Assembly: GCF_009834535.1 (NCBI RefSeq)
Contig: NC_045705.1
Location: 55,242,001-55,306,000, forward strand
Direction of reading: 5' to 3'
DNA length: 64,000 nucleotides
Source: Camelus ferus
Lineage: Eukaryota
The notes beneath the pieces are model-generated. The model saw only the letters and a program-made list of their open reading frames with translations. It was not told the origin of the DNA and searched no databases. A program made the position numbers and the translations under genes. How positions within the stretch are numbered: position 1 is the first letter of the stretch; each line of letters starts with the position of its first letter. Below, piece after piece: positions 1 to 11,649 of the stretch.

Positions 1-1067
1 GTGTCTTGCTTCCTATCTGATAGGGGATGTCTCCACCTAAAAACTTTCCACCACTGTAGTAATACAGGCTTTCTGCCCATGTTTTCTTCTTGCTCCTTCT
101 GCCTCCTACCCAGCCCTGGTGCTTCCCCATGTAGCCCTGCATGGCACAGTGTACCCCCACCCCTTGCTAAGGACTAGGAGTAATAAATTCTTTCAACAGC
201 ATTGATCTCTGTGTCATCAGTCAGTCAGTATAATACATTTATCAGTTTAATATTGATAAATTAAATTCCAGGCACATTTAAAAATACCACCCGGCACAGC
301 TCATACCCAAAGACTGGCCAAGCCCTGGAAGAGCTAAAGTTGTGGCAAGAGTGAATCTGATTCAGAGATGACACCTGACTCCGCCCCACAGACCCCATAA
401 CACCTCTTCTGACCCAAACCTGCAGCCTTTCTAAGTATGCCAGAGTTACTGTAAAACTCCCCAAACACACATCTCCAGTTGTCCCCTGTCATGGTATTCC
501 ACTTTACCTAGTCTCTATTCTCCACATGTTATATTTTGGAATACTGTGTAGAGGAGAGCTGGATTTCTGCCAGGACCAAGGCCAGCTCCGACAACCAGCT
601 TGGTAGGACAGGGCCAGGTGAACAGTCCTGGGAACTAATCTCCCTTTGGAATCAGTCCTGCATGCAAGGTTGCCCTGGCCCCACCCTCCAGGGCTGAACC
701 AAAGGAAGGAAAAAGGAGCAGAGGTATTTACTCTGGCTTACTAAGCTAGATCAAACCCCTCAGAGCTCACAAGGCTGAGGACACAAACTCTGCTGTGAGA
801 AGCAATGGTCAGTGTGTGTTTGTGAATATGTCTATGAAAGCATGTGCATACTTACAGCGGTGTGATGCTTAAGCCTGTTTTACCTTGACTCAGTACTGCT
901 TCTTGATTTATCAGATACTCCCACTTCTTTGAATCCAACCCACCAGCTACTACACAGCCTGTGCCCCTTACCCCTGTAACCCAGGATTCAGACAGAATTC
1001 ATCCTGGCCCACATCCGCTTTGCTTTTTCTCATCAGACCCGTGAATGTTTAGTGAGGAAGCAAATAC

Positions 1068-1073
1068 TTTATT
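1068..1073 (-). terminator. CNGA4 polyadenylation signal AATAAA
   Basis: tttatt on + strand, about 500 nt past the stop; first canonical hexamer I see downstream of the CDS. Confidence 0.7.
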
Positions 1074-1576
1074 GACGTGCAACTTGCAGGGTACTCTGGT
1101 GAACCGCCCACATAGGGGAGCATTTAAAAGATATCTTGAAACAAGGTATCTTGTTTACAAGGGGGTGCAAACCCGTGGAAGGCATCTGTGTGTACTGGTG
1201 TGTGACTCTGAGTATATGTGTGTTTATGAGATGCATGACTTGACTGTGTACATCGTCTGTGGATATAAAACATATTTATGTAAGAAAGTATGTGTGCTCT
1301 GTGAAGGGGAACTCCAGAGCATTTTATATGGACTGCAAAGTCTTGGCGACAGTGTGTATATGCACAACTGAGTGTGTGTGAGTGAGTGTGCGCTGTGCAT
1401 GGGAGATGAATGTGTGCTATGCTCCTGCATCCCTAGGTGGTGCATCTACAGACCCAGTCCACTTCCATCTCTGTAACCTAGCAGACAGGATGGCAGAGTT
1501 TCTGCAGGCCGGCTTTCCTATACCTCGGGATTCCCTTGGTGTTGGGGGGGTGGTGGTCCTGGGGATAGGCATGGAG

Positions 1577-2037
1577 TCACTCTGGGCCTGGGAATCCCTC
1601 CCAGCCTGCTGTACCCTCTCCATCCTTGGATGTTCCCTCCCCAGGCTCGCCCTCATCATCGGCCTCGGCCAGTTCCTCAGGCACTGGCCACTCCCGAGTC
1701 TGCCACTCCAGCCGTTCGATGCGATAAGCAATCTTGAGCGCGCTAGACTCCAGCTCAGCCAGGAGGCGTGCAAACTTGGTCTGTAGATCATCGAGTTGCT
1801 GGTCAAGACCTCGCAGCCGGGCCTCCGTGGCCTCCTGTAGGGCGATCTCAGCTGCCTCGGCATTTACGTCCAACTTGTTCATTTTGAGCAAGATCTCGCG
1901 GCCTTTTTCCTCCATGACGGCCTGGGCCTGTGGATACTCGCTCAGCACTTCCCGCAGGTCCTCCTTGCTCAGACAAAACAGGTCCGAGTAACCTAGACTC
2001 TTGATGTTGGCTGTGCGGCGGTTCCCAGACATGTTCC
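1577..2037 (-). CDS. CNGA4: CNGA4 coding exon 6 (461 nt including TGA)
   Basis: ccacag acceptor; [22 protein letters not shown]...GPE*. Confidence 0.97.
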
Positions 2038-3412
2038 CTGTGGCCCAAGGGCAGACACAAGGGAGGACAGTGAGTGGGGGGGGGCGTGGGGGTGTGCGGG
2101 GACATTTCACTCCTGAACGAGGGCCCCCGCCTCCATATTTGTGCTTCTGAACCTCTCTTTTTGCCTCATTAACTGTTTCATTTAGTAAAGCACTGGGTGG
2201 GGACTAGGCCCTGGGCTGAGTGGGTATCAGTGACCTGCTTCCAAAAATTCACAGTCTAGAGGAGACAGACATTTAATCGGATAGTTACATAACAGGATGG
2301 CTGATACAGTGTAGACGTGCATCTGGTATTGTGGGAAGTCAGGCAAAGAACCCCTAACAAGCTGTAAGGCAGAGAATTTAAGGAAGCCTGAGGAACTGAT
2401 GCCTGGATTGAGTAGGAGGTAATGAGGGGAAGAGGGGGAGGAGTGGGGGAGGGCAGCTAGGCAGAGGGAAGAACATGAGCAGAGGGATGGAGGCAGAAAA
2501 CAGTTAGATGGATACAGAAAACAGGAGGCAGTCCAGAGCGGCTGAAGTGAAGGCTGTGAGGAGAGTGGGAAGAGATGGAGACAGCCCAGGTCACACCGGG
2601 TCTTGTGGCCACGGCAGGGAGTTCAGATCTTATGGGGAGGACAGTGAGAAACCATTGAAATATTTTAAGCAGGGGAACTGTATGGTATTATTGGTATTTT
2701 AGAAAGATGTTGGTGGGTCGTGGGTGGGAAGATAGGTTTGTCTGTATCCTGCAGTCTCAGAGCTAGGAGGACCTTAGAAGGTGCCAGGGAGCTGCTGTTT
2801 GCTGAACACTTGCTGGGTGTGCCAGGCCCTGCGCTGTGTGCCTTGCCCAGAAAACTCATTTAATCCTCACAAATGGGTTTTAAATATCATCCTTATTGGG
2901 TAGGTGAGAAAACTGAGGCATAAGAAGGGAGTGACTTGTCCAAAGTCAAGTAGACAGTGGCCGACTGCCTGCAAGATGTGGAGCTTAAGTGTTGAGGGGG
3001 TCCTTGGAGGACAGATGTGAGACCTTTAGGGCAAGTGGAGAGTGAGATCCCCAGACCGAGAGCACATCTCGCCTCAGTCAGGAGAGCGTGCTCAGCCCCA
3101 TCTCCTGAGGCCTTGGTGTCTTTACCAGTAATTAAGTAGAACAACTCTGACGGCAGAGGCTGATCGGAGGAATACATGAGCCAGCGGACAGTCCCTGGCC
3201 TGGACTGGACTTGATGGAGTAGATAGGAATTCTTTTCTATTTTCCTTCTACCTTCCTTTCCATTTGGCTGTGAGAATGTTATTCCTTTTATTGATTCCGA
3301 GTGTGTATACTTATTACTTGTGTGACTTTGGACAAGTTCCCCAAACTCTCTGTGCTCCAATTTCCTTACCTTTGAAATGGGGATAAGCACACAATAAATA
3401 TTAGCTATTAGC

Positions 3413-3475
<63 letters not shown>

Positions 3476-6363
3476 CTGTCACTTTCCACTGGTCTATTGG
3501 TGCCTTGAGTGGACACCCACAGAGCAGGTCTACCCTCTCTTCCAAGGGCCCACCCTGCTCACTGACCTTGGCTCAGCCTCTTCTCAGGGAACAGACTCTC
3601 CATGTCCTGCTTCTCTCTTGAGCCCTCTAGTGACTCAGGCAAGGGTCAGGTATCCTTAATCTGTAGGCCCCAAAGCACCATCTGGTCCCAGTACTGGGTT
3701 CTGTTGTCCCCATTCCCCTCCCCTAATCCTGTCCCTGGAGTGAATGCTGGGGTGCTCACCTTTGATGTTGATGATGCTGATCTCCCCAAAGTAGAGCCCT
3801 GCACCAAGCACGGCATATTGTGTGACACCATCATCAGCCACCACGGCCAGCTTACCCTCCCGGATGATGTACATCTCTCTGCCAACGTCCCCCTTGCGGC
3901 AGACATATTCGCCCGGTGAGTAGGTCTGGGGCTGCAGCTTCAGTACCAGCTCCTCCAGCAGGCTGGCCTCACAGTTCTGGAAGATCTGCACCCGGCTCAG
4001 AGTAGACAGGTGTACAGACACGGCCACTTCTGCCCGCAACCGCTCTGGCAAGTGCTGTAAGATGGCTACCTCGTTGGTCATCTTCTTGTTGATCTGCAGG
4101 TGCTGGTACCTGGGGGCAAGAGTAGCACCAGTTCTCCACCAGCCCCCTACTGACATGCCTCTTTCTCTGTCTTCCATCAGGGCTCACCTCAGCTTCAGTC
4201 AAGAACCCAACCACGCTGAGATCTCACAGGGGTCATGGGAATACTTGACAGTTGGATGAAAGATACCATCAGTCCACTATCTGTTGGTCACTCATGTTTT
4301 GACCTCTTCTCCCTCACTCAGGGCCTGGAAGCCTCCACTAGCTGACAGTGAATACGATGCCCTTTAACTCCTGTCAGCTCTACCCACTTACCATTCAGAG
4401 ATGTCTTGTACCATCCCACCGACGCCTACTTCAATCACCAAGCCCCACTTTCTTTAGAGGTCCTCTGCTCTAGCTTCCCATCTTGGTGACACTTCCTTCT
4501 GTTCAGCCTACAGTATGGACTCCATGACGTACTCAGCCCTTTTGTTGGCCATCCCCTGAGGAGTATTGCTCTTCTCTCTTACCCCTTCCCTGGTTTCTGG
4601 GTTATCCTTTCTTGCCTACAAGTTTCCTCCCTGTCAGGCTCTTACCCACCCACTCCTCCTAAGTCCTTATCCGATTAGTGGAGAATATCTTTCTCCAGGC
4701 CCCACCCAGTGGACCTCCCAATGAACGCCACATCCTGATGGCCCTGCCCGGCCCACCAGGCAGTGAGAACCCAGCCACCTTCCTCAGATTCTACCCAGGA
4801 CATCTCTCTCTGTCCTGGTCTGGAAGCCCGGCATCCTCACCAGTCAATGACTCGCCGCTCCAGCCGGCGGTTGACGCGGTGCAGCTTCATGTATTTCTTC
4901 ACCAGGGCGTGGTCTGGGTAGAAGGCCGCGTCTGCAGTGTTCATGTTGTAGATGACGGAGCTCATGCTGCCCATGATGGTGGCGAACCCCATGACGGCCA
5001 GCAGGAAGTCGCCCACCATGAAGAGGCACTCCTCCTCCCGGGCTGGCGGCGGCGTGTCGCCCACGGTGGTCAGGATCAGCGTGGAGAAGTAGAAGCTGTA
5101 GAGGTACTGGCGCAGCAGGCGCTCGAAGCCGGGCCGCGCGGGGTCGGGGTACACCCACACGTCACGCCCGAGGCCCAGGTAGCGGGACAGGGCGAAGTAC
5201 AGGCAGCTGTTCCAGTGGATGACGACGAAGATGTAAAGCATCAACTTGGCGATGCGGAAGGCGTTCGGGTAAGCTGTGCGGGTCTCCGTGCGGTCAAAGG
5301 CCTCGAAGAGGCGGGGCGCCCGCAGAAAGCGGTTCAGCCTCAGCGTGGGTGTGTGCGGACCCAGACTCGCGTAGGCCGCGTCGGTGGGCAACAGGGATGC
5401 CAGGTCCAAGACGAAGCTCCAGGTGCGGATGTAGCGACTCGCGATCCTACCCTTGTCCTCCACCAGGATGCCCTGCTCCAAAAATCCTGATGGGGGACGG
5501 GGGTCAGGTATGGGGCGCAGACAGGGCAGCTATCTGCTCCAGGAATGAGGGTGAGGGTGGGCGTGACAGGGTCGAGGACAGGGAGACAGTTACCCGGACA
5601 GAGTGGGAGCCAGCCTAACCGCCCTAGAGTTTCTGGGGTGAGTCTAGGGGTATTGTAAACAGAGAGGCGTGTGAAAGCACTATCAGGGAGGGGTCACTTT
5701 GCTACCAAGAGGCTCTCTTCGGGAAGGGAACGTTGAACACAGGCTGAGTCCTGGGACTCACTGACCAGTGTGGAAGTGCACCACGATGTCCAGTAAGTAC
5801 AGCAGGTCGCTCATATAGTCCAGCACTAACCAGGCCACCAGATAACCGTGCTGCAAGTCCGGGAAGCAGGCTCTGCATAGCAGGGACAGGAGAGATCGGC
5901 TTGAGGGCACCCTTTATGTGTGATGTGTTCCCCCCAAGCCTGAGCACTAAACCCTAGGCATAGGCACCGCCCCTACTCCAGCGCTGGGCAAGGGGCCGCC
6001 CCTCTCCTGGGCCTCACTCTTTAACCTTGGTCTCTGCTTAAGGCCCTTCCCACAGTGCCCAGCCAAACCTGCACACGACGATGATGAGGTTATACATTAC
6101 TGGGAAGACCATCGTGTTCAGCCACCAGTAGTAGTAATCCCCTGATGGGTCCAGGACAGGCAGCGACTTCCTGTAGGAGGGGAAGTCATGTTTCATTTAT
6201 TCACCTTTCAGTGTTGCGATTGTGACTGGGGGCACCAAACAGGGATCATGATCCAGCTAGTGAGGCAGGCGGATCTGACACAGGGGACCAGTATCTCTCA
6301 CCTCGCCTTGGACGGGGCAGGAGGGCTGGACTCTGTCGTCTTCACTTTGCTGTCCTGGCTCAT
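1577..6363 (-). CDS. CNGA4: Cyclic nucleotide-gated channel subunit alpha 4 (olfactory CNG modulatory subunit). join(6302..6363, 6069..6170, 5766..5872, 4841..5486, 3760..4109, 1577..2037) = 1728 nt, 575 aa + stop
   Basis: All six exons are bounded by GT/AG with consistent phases. Translation: [22 protein letters not shown]..., S4 [12 protein letters not shown], pore [36 protein letters not shown]-terminal leucine zipper. Matches the human CNGA4 protein as recalled. Confidence 0.98.
2835..2950 (-). mobile_element. MIR SINE fragment
   Basis: catttaatcctcacaa...gaaaactgaggcataag...gtgacttgtccaaagtca resembles the MIR core; boundaries approximate. Confidence 0.7.
3310..3410 (+). mobile_element. 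MIR SINE fragment
   Basis: gtgtgactttggacaagtt...ctctctgtgctccaattttcct...tgaaatggggataa; boundaries approximate. Confidence 0.75.
3413..3475. repeat. (TAT)n microsatellite, about 21 units
   Basis: Perfect trinucleotide run in CNGA4 intron 5. Confidence 0.98.
3760..4109 (-). CDS. CNGA4: CNGA4 coding exon 5 (350 nt; C-linker and CNBD)
   Basis: [13 protein letters not shown]...GEISIINIK; donor AAG|GTGAGC. Confidence 0.97.
4841..5486 (-). CDS. CNGA4: CNGA4 coding exon 4 (646 nt; S3-S6 and pore)
   Basis: ORF 4837..5481; ccccatcag acceptor; donor CTG|GTGAGG. Confidence 0.97.
5766..5872 (-). CDS. CNGA4: CNGA4 coding exon 3 (107 nt)
   Basis: ctatgcag acceptor; [35 protein letters not shown]; donor CTG|GTCAGT. 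Confidence 0.95.
6069..6170 (-). CDS. CNGA4: CNGA4 coding exon 2 (102 nt)
   Basis: cctacag acceptor; [33 protein letters not shown]; donor CAG|GTTTGG. Confidence 0.95.
6302..6363 (-). CDS. CNGA4: CNGA4 coding exon 1 (62 nt)
   Basis: ATG at 6363-6361; donor AG|GTGAGA. Confidence 0.95.
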
Positions 6364-7649
6364 GGTTCTGTGGCCTGGTACCTGGGTGTGAGAAATCCAG
6401 GGCCTCTGCCTGTAGGTGGTTTCAGGAGGTGGAGGCTAGGGCTGTCCTGCCTGGAAGAAGCTGCCCTTGGTCTCCAGCTGTGAATCCTCTGTCTTTGGCT
6501 TCTGAAGCTCTTAGCAACACAGCCAGGAACAGCCGCTACTGAAGGGGTGGAGACAGTGTGGTCCCAGTGCTCCGCCCTGTCTCCTAGGGCCTGGGCTTAC
6601 ACCTGCCCAACTAAACATCTCTAATGAGGCCCCTGGAGATGGTGAGGTGCATGCCTCAGAGGTAGGGCTGGGCCTTGTTCCCCGCACTGACTCCCCACCT
6701 TCCCTACAGCTGAGCTACATAGGGGTCCCCCGGTTAGAGGACCTGGGTGCCAGTATAGGCTCAGAAAATCATTCTGTTTTTACCTTGTGCAAGTTCCCTG
6801 CTTGAACCTCATTTTTAACCCATTTAACAACTGTGTGCCGAATGGCTCATTTGTATCAGATGCTGAACTAGTCTCTGGGGACGAAGAATGCCTGTCACAT
6901 CAGACATGGGCTCTGTCTCCATTACCTGCACCCTTACCTGCTTCTTCCTTGCTGAATGAGTGTGATGGGGGCCATCCTGTGGCATTTTTGCCCTCATTCC
7001 CTTCCTGTTACCTCTCATGCCTGATCCCACCAGTTATTGCCTGTGTCTTCTAGATCCTCAACCTCTTTCAATTTTCCCCTTTGGTGAACATGCTTAATTA
7101 AATCTCTCCCATTCCAAAACAAACCAAAAAAATCCTAAAAATTCTCCCTTCACGTGATGTCCCTTTCATGACTATCATCTTTCTCAGTCAATAAGTCATA
7201 ATCAGAACACCCACTATGTGCTAGGCCAATATTGTGCTAAGTATTGGGGATAAAAGATGAATGAAACACATTTTTTTGCCCTCCAGAGACCCACAGTCTG
7301 GTAGGGGGAAGAGTCAGGTAGATAGGTAATTACATAGCAGTGTGATGAATACTCTATTAGGTGGATATACAGAGGGTAATTGCAGTACATAGGAAGGGTC
7401 CTAACTGATTCTGGGTTCTGTAGGATGAACAGGAGTTAGGTATAGAGATGGAAGTGTGATGAGCACTACAAGCAAAGTGCACAGAGTGTGCACAGATAAA
7501 GAAATTTCAAAAAGCATAGGGGACTGGGGGAATGTCAATTGGTTTTCCTAGAAAATCTGAGAAGCTAGTGGTGAAAGATGAGGCTGAATGGTGGACCCAG
7601 GACAGCTCAGGGAAAGCTTTGTCAGCCATGTTCTAAAGCTAGGAAATCC

Positions 7650-7696
7650 TTTTTCTTTTACTGAAGTATAGTTGATTTACAGTGTTGTGTTAGTTG
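7650..7696 (-). mobile_element. Extremely 5'-truncated L1 3' end with target-site duplication
   Basis: tttactgaagtatagttgatttacagtgttgtgttag matches the L1 ends at 17835 and 50335; flanked by AAAGCTAGG at 7635 and 7697. Confidence 0.75.
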
Positions 7697-8289
7697 AAAG
7701 CTAGGCAATGGGGAACCCCATTTCTCTGAAGGCAATGGGGAACCCATGAAGTGTTTTGCCCAGTTAAGTGTTATGGCTAGATTTGTGTTTTTGGAGCATT
7801 TCTTGGAAGAAACATCTATAGTCCTCAATATTTTACTTTATTTTTTTGAAATCCTATTTTCCCATGGCTTCTATGGATACCATAATTTCTTGGCTTTCTG
7901 TTTATTTCTTCTTAGTCTCTTTCATAAGTCCCTCTACTTGTCCCTTCTGTTTTGGTGTTCTTAAGAACTCTGTCCTAGGCCTTCCTCTTTTTCCATCCTC
8001 CCAACTCTCCCTGGCCAATCTTGGTCAACCACAGGATCCCCTTTCACATCCAAAGACTCCCCAAAACCTCTCTTTGAGCTCCAGACCTATCTATCTATAC
8101 CACTAATTGCTTGCTGGATGTCCCTGCTTGGCTATTCCACAGTCACCTTCAGCCCACTGGGTCTATAACTGGGCTCATTATCTTCTCCATTCACTCTTTC
8201 TTTTCTAATCCCTATCTCTGGCCTTTCAGCCAAAACATCTAGCCCTAGTATTTATTAATATTACTATCACTATTATTATTGTGTAACAT

Positions 8290-8805
8290 TGTGGCAGTTT
8301 TAAAAAATGGTCATGAATTCTTTGATGATCTTCCCTTGTGACTGTTTCAGCCAATAGGATATAGCAAGAGTGATGTTGTGTGACTTCTCAAGCTAGATCA
8401 TAAAAGGCCATGCAGCTTCCTTCCGGTTTTCCCAGAATGTTCATTGTCTGGAAGCTCCCTCTCAGCATGCTCCCTCTTTGAACCTAGCTGCCATGTTGTG
8501 AGAAGCCCAAGCCACAGGAGCAGTCACATGTCTTTATTTGACAGTCCAGTGGAGCTCAGCCTTTAAGTTGTCCCAGCTCAGGCATCAGACATGTGAGAGA
8601 AGAAGCCTCCAGATGATTGCAGTCACCAGCCTCAATTCACCCCCAGGCATTTGACCACTCTAGACGAGGTAGGTCCCAGATACATGGAACAGAGACAAGC
8701 CAGTCCTTCTGTGTCTTGTTTAAATTCCCAGAATCTGTGAGCATGATAAAATAGCTGTTGTTTTACACTACTAAGTTTGGGATGATTTATTACACAGCAT
8801 AGTAA
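8290..8805 (+). mobile_element. MaLR (MLT1-type) solo LTR
   Basis: tgtggcagttttaaaaaatgg...ccatgttgtgagaagcccaagccac...gttgttttacactactaagtttgggatgatttattacacagcatagtaac; subfamily not determined. Confidence 0.8.
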
Positions 8806-8809
8806 CCAG

Positions 8810-9570
8810 AGACACATATAGAAAAGTACACATTTCCTAAGTACACAGCTTGATGAATTTTACCAAGTGAGCACACCCATGTAATGAGCACTCACATCAA
8901 GAGCCCCACTCTGCCCAGTTCCAGTCAGTGCTTTTCCAAGGGCAATCACTATCCTGACCCCTAATCCCATAGTAGTGCTTTGCCTGTGTTTGAATTTATA
9001 TAAACTAAGCATCGGTTTTTAATCCTTCCTCTTATTTTCCTTTCATTTTTATCCAGGCATCAAGCCCTGGTGATCTAATAATCACATGTCCATTTCTCTA
9101 TGTCTTTACTATTCTTATTTGGGCCTTAGCTGTCTGATCATAAAATTCTTTATCGTTTTCTATAATCCCAAGGATAAAAATCTAAGCTCCTTAACATGGC
9201 CTACAAAGCTCCCTGGTATCTAACCTCTATCTGTGTGTTCAGCCTCATCTCACAGCATTTCCTTTGCATATTCCCTAGGCTTCAGACAAGCTGTACTGAT
9301 TGTACTTTCCAGAGCACCTCCCACACATTGTCCATTCTTCCTTGCCTTGTTATGTGCTGATCCTTTGGGTTGAAACTTCCATTTCTTTTTCTTTTTAAAT
9401 ACTTTTTATTTTGAACTAATTTTAGGCTTACAGGAAAGTTGCAAAAATAGTATAGAAAGTTCTTGTAAACTCCTTATCCATGTTACCGCTGTTCCCCTGT
9501 CATCATCTTCTATAACTAGAGAACAGTGATCAACACCAGGGAATTAACATTTGATACAATGCTTGCAACT
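8810..9570 (-). mobile_element. Old L1M 3'-end fragments, interleaved with L2-like sequence
   Basis: tacacagcttgatgaattttaccaagtgagcacacccatgtaa and tttttattttgaactaattttaggcttacaggaaagttgcaaaaatag; boundaries approximate. Confidence 0.6.
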
Positions 9571-9989
9571 AAATGACAGACCATATCTGAAACTTCCATT
9601 TCTCAGTCTTTTCGCTTGCTTGTTTCTCAAGACTGCTCAGACTTCTCCTGGAAGGCTTCCCTAGTCCCCTTGGCCCTTCTTTCCCCTCATTCCCTAAACA
9701 CACATAACGTGCCAAGTGCTGCTCTTCATGGCAGTTCCACGTTGCAGTTGTTTGGCTATGAGGGTTGAGGTCCTGGAGGGCAGAGATTGGCTCTAATTGA
9801 TCTGGAGTCCTGCCTGACAAGGAAGCGCTTACTCCGTGTCCCTTGAGTGACTGAAAAAAGCAGTGCCCAAGGGATCGCGGAGCAGCAGGTGCTGGGGGAG
9901 CCATCAAGGAGCGGTCATCGTCCGGGTACTATCCAAGCCATGAGCCCAGTTGGGGCAAAAAATGAACTAGACTTCTCGCTGTCTGCCCT

Positions 9990-10740
9990 CTTTAGGGCTC
10001 GTTTTGCCACGGGTCCCGCCCACTTGCTGGCTCCTCCCCTCAGACATACCCTCTGGTGTTAGCCCCACCCCCTCCACGCCCCCTCTCCCACTGTAAGCAC
10101 CGCCAGGCCCCTTGGCCCCGCCCCTACCACGTTAGCCTCTCTTCGGCCCCATTTCTCTCCTACGCTCCGCCCTCTGGTCTTTCCCTGACTCTTTAAGGCG
10201 CGTCGCTCTTTAGGTCCCGCCTTCTGCCCTCTGGTTCGACCTTTCCTCCTCAGGCTCCGCCCCCTGCCGCGGGCCTCCACCTCCCCAGAGGTCTTCCCCT
10301 ATGACACGCCGGAGTCCTTCAGAAGGGCGGGGTTTGCAGTGCGAGGGGGTGGAACCTGGGGGAAGAGGCGGTACTCCTTGCTCGGAATGCTGTCGGCGAC
10401 CCCTCCCCTGCGCTCGGCCGTTGCCAGGAGACAGGCATCGACGCTCGGGCTTTGGCCCGGCCCAGCCAATGAGCTGGCACGCCACTGCCCAGCGGTGCGT
10501 CGCTGGGCGGTTACGTGTGGTGCGCGGGGGCGCGGGTTGCGTGTGGCGCGGGGCGGGGCGCGGCTGGTGCGCCTGAGGAGCGATGGCGGCGGCCTGAACT
10601 CACCTAGCACCGCGGTGGCGATCGGGCCTGGTCAGGGTCGGGGTTCTGTGAGTGAACAGTAGGTACGGGCCGGAGGGTCCGGAGAGGCATATGAGAGGGG
10701 ACAAGGAGCTGGGGAATGACGGCATCGGGTTTGGTGACTA
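9990..10740. promoter_or_regulatory. CpG island promoter of FHIP1B, divergent to CNGA4
   Basis: High GC and CpG density; CCAAT at 10466-10470; GC boxes at 10325-10332 and about 10550-10560; YY1-like GATGGCGGC at 10582. Confidence 0.92.
10540..10647 (+). other. FHIP1B: Probable non-coding exon 1 of FHIP1B
   Basis: Lies downstream of the CCAAT/GC boxes; candidate donors CTG|GTCAGG (10631) or TCT|GTGAGT (10648); TSS approximate. Confidence 0.55.
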
Positions 10741-11649
10741 TCCTGGTTGTGAGGGGACAGGGTGAGGGGCTGGCATGTGGTGAGGGGCCGGGTGTGAGTG
10801 TCTCAGGTATGGGAGCAGGGAGAGAGCCTCGGGGTGAGTGAGCAAGCAAGGAGCTGGCTAGCATGAGGGGCTGAGATGCTTTCTGAGGGTCAAGTGGAAG
10901 GGACTTTTGAACACTATTTCCCGAGGGGCTGGGACTCCTGTAGGCAGGGGTGAGGGACAGCCCTGGGACCAGAGTGAGGGGCTGAGGCCTGTGCGGGGAG
11001 GAGGAGAGGATAGGGCAGAGGCTAGAGCATGCAGGCTGGTGGTGAATTGGGAAGGGGTTTAGGGCACGGCATGCAGGAAGGAATGAGTGTTGTGAGACTT
11101 GGGTAAAGGTGAGGTTGATTCTGAAGTCTCCTTAATGATGTGTCCTGCCCAGCGACAGCAATAGTTTTAGATTGAGTAGGACAGCTTGGGTGAAAGTGTT
11201 GTGCACTTGGCTCTTCTGCTCCATGGGCTTTACACATTTCGGAGTACCAAAAAATGAAGGCGTCATGGGCAATAGTAACAATGACAATGAAAATTATTTT
11301 TGAGGCTTAGTCTTCAATGAAGTTATCACTGGAATCCTTGTTCCCTTAAGTTCCTCTTTGGGACTGCAAACTTGAAGATGGTCCTTCTCATGGAGATTTT
11401 TTGGCTGTGACTTCCTATGTTTGTCTTTTCTCCACCTGCTTCTGGGCATCTTACTCCCTTGCTGTTCCTTACCTGTGCTGAGCCGTGGGGCGTTAATGGT
11501 TGCCATCTATATTGGACTAACCACTGTCAATTACTAATTCTACTTTCATGGATATTATATAATTTGTTATATACAACGCTGTGTTTAGACTTCCAAACAG
11601 GATGACTTTGCTCTCATTTTCTTACAGTTAAATAAAAAACCCCCACTAA

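Noticed and set aside
2038-2110. N-terminal extension ([12 protein letters not shown]...) of ORF 1577..2110
   Set aside because: Intronic read-through upstream of the exon 6 acceptor; the G/C run is the polypyrimidine region.
4678-5490. 270-aa plus-strand ORF
   Set aside because: Antisense shadow of GC3-rich CNGA4 exon 4; no recognisable domain.
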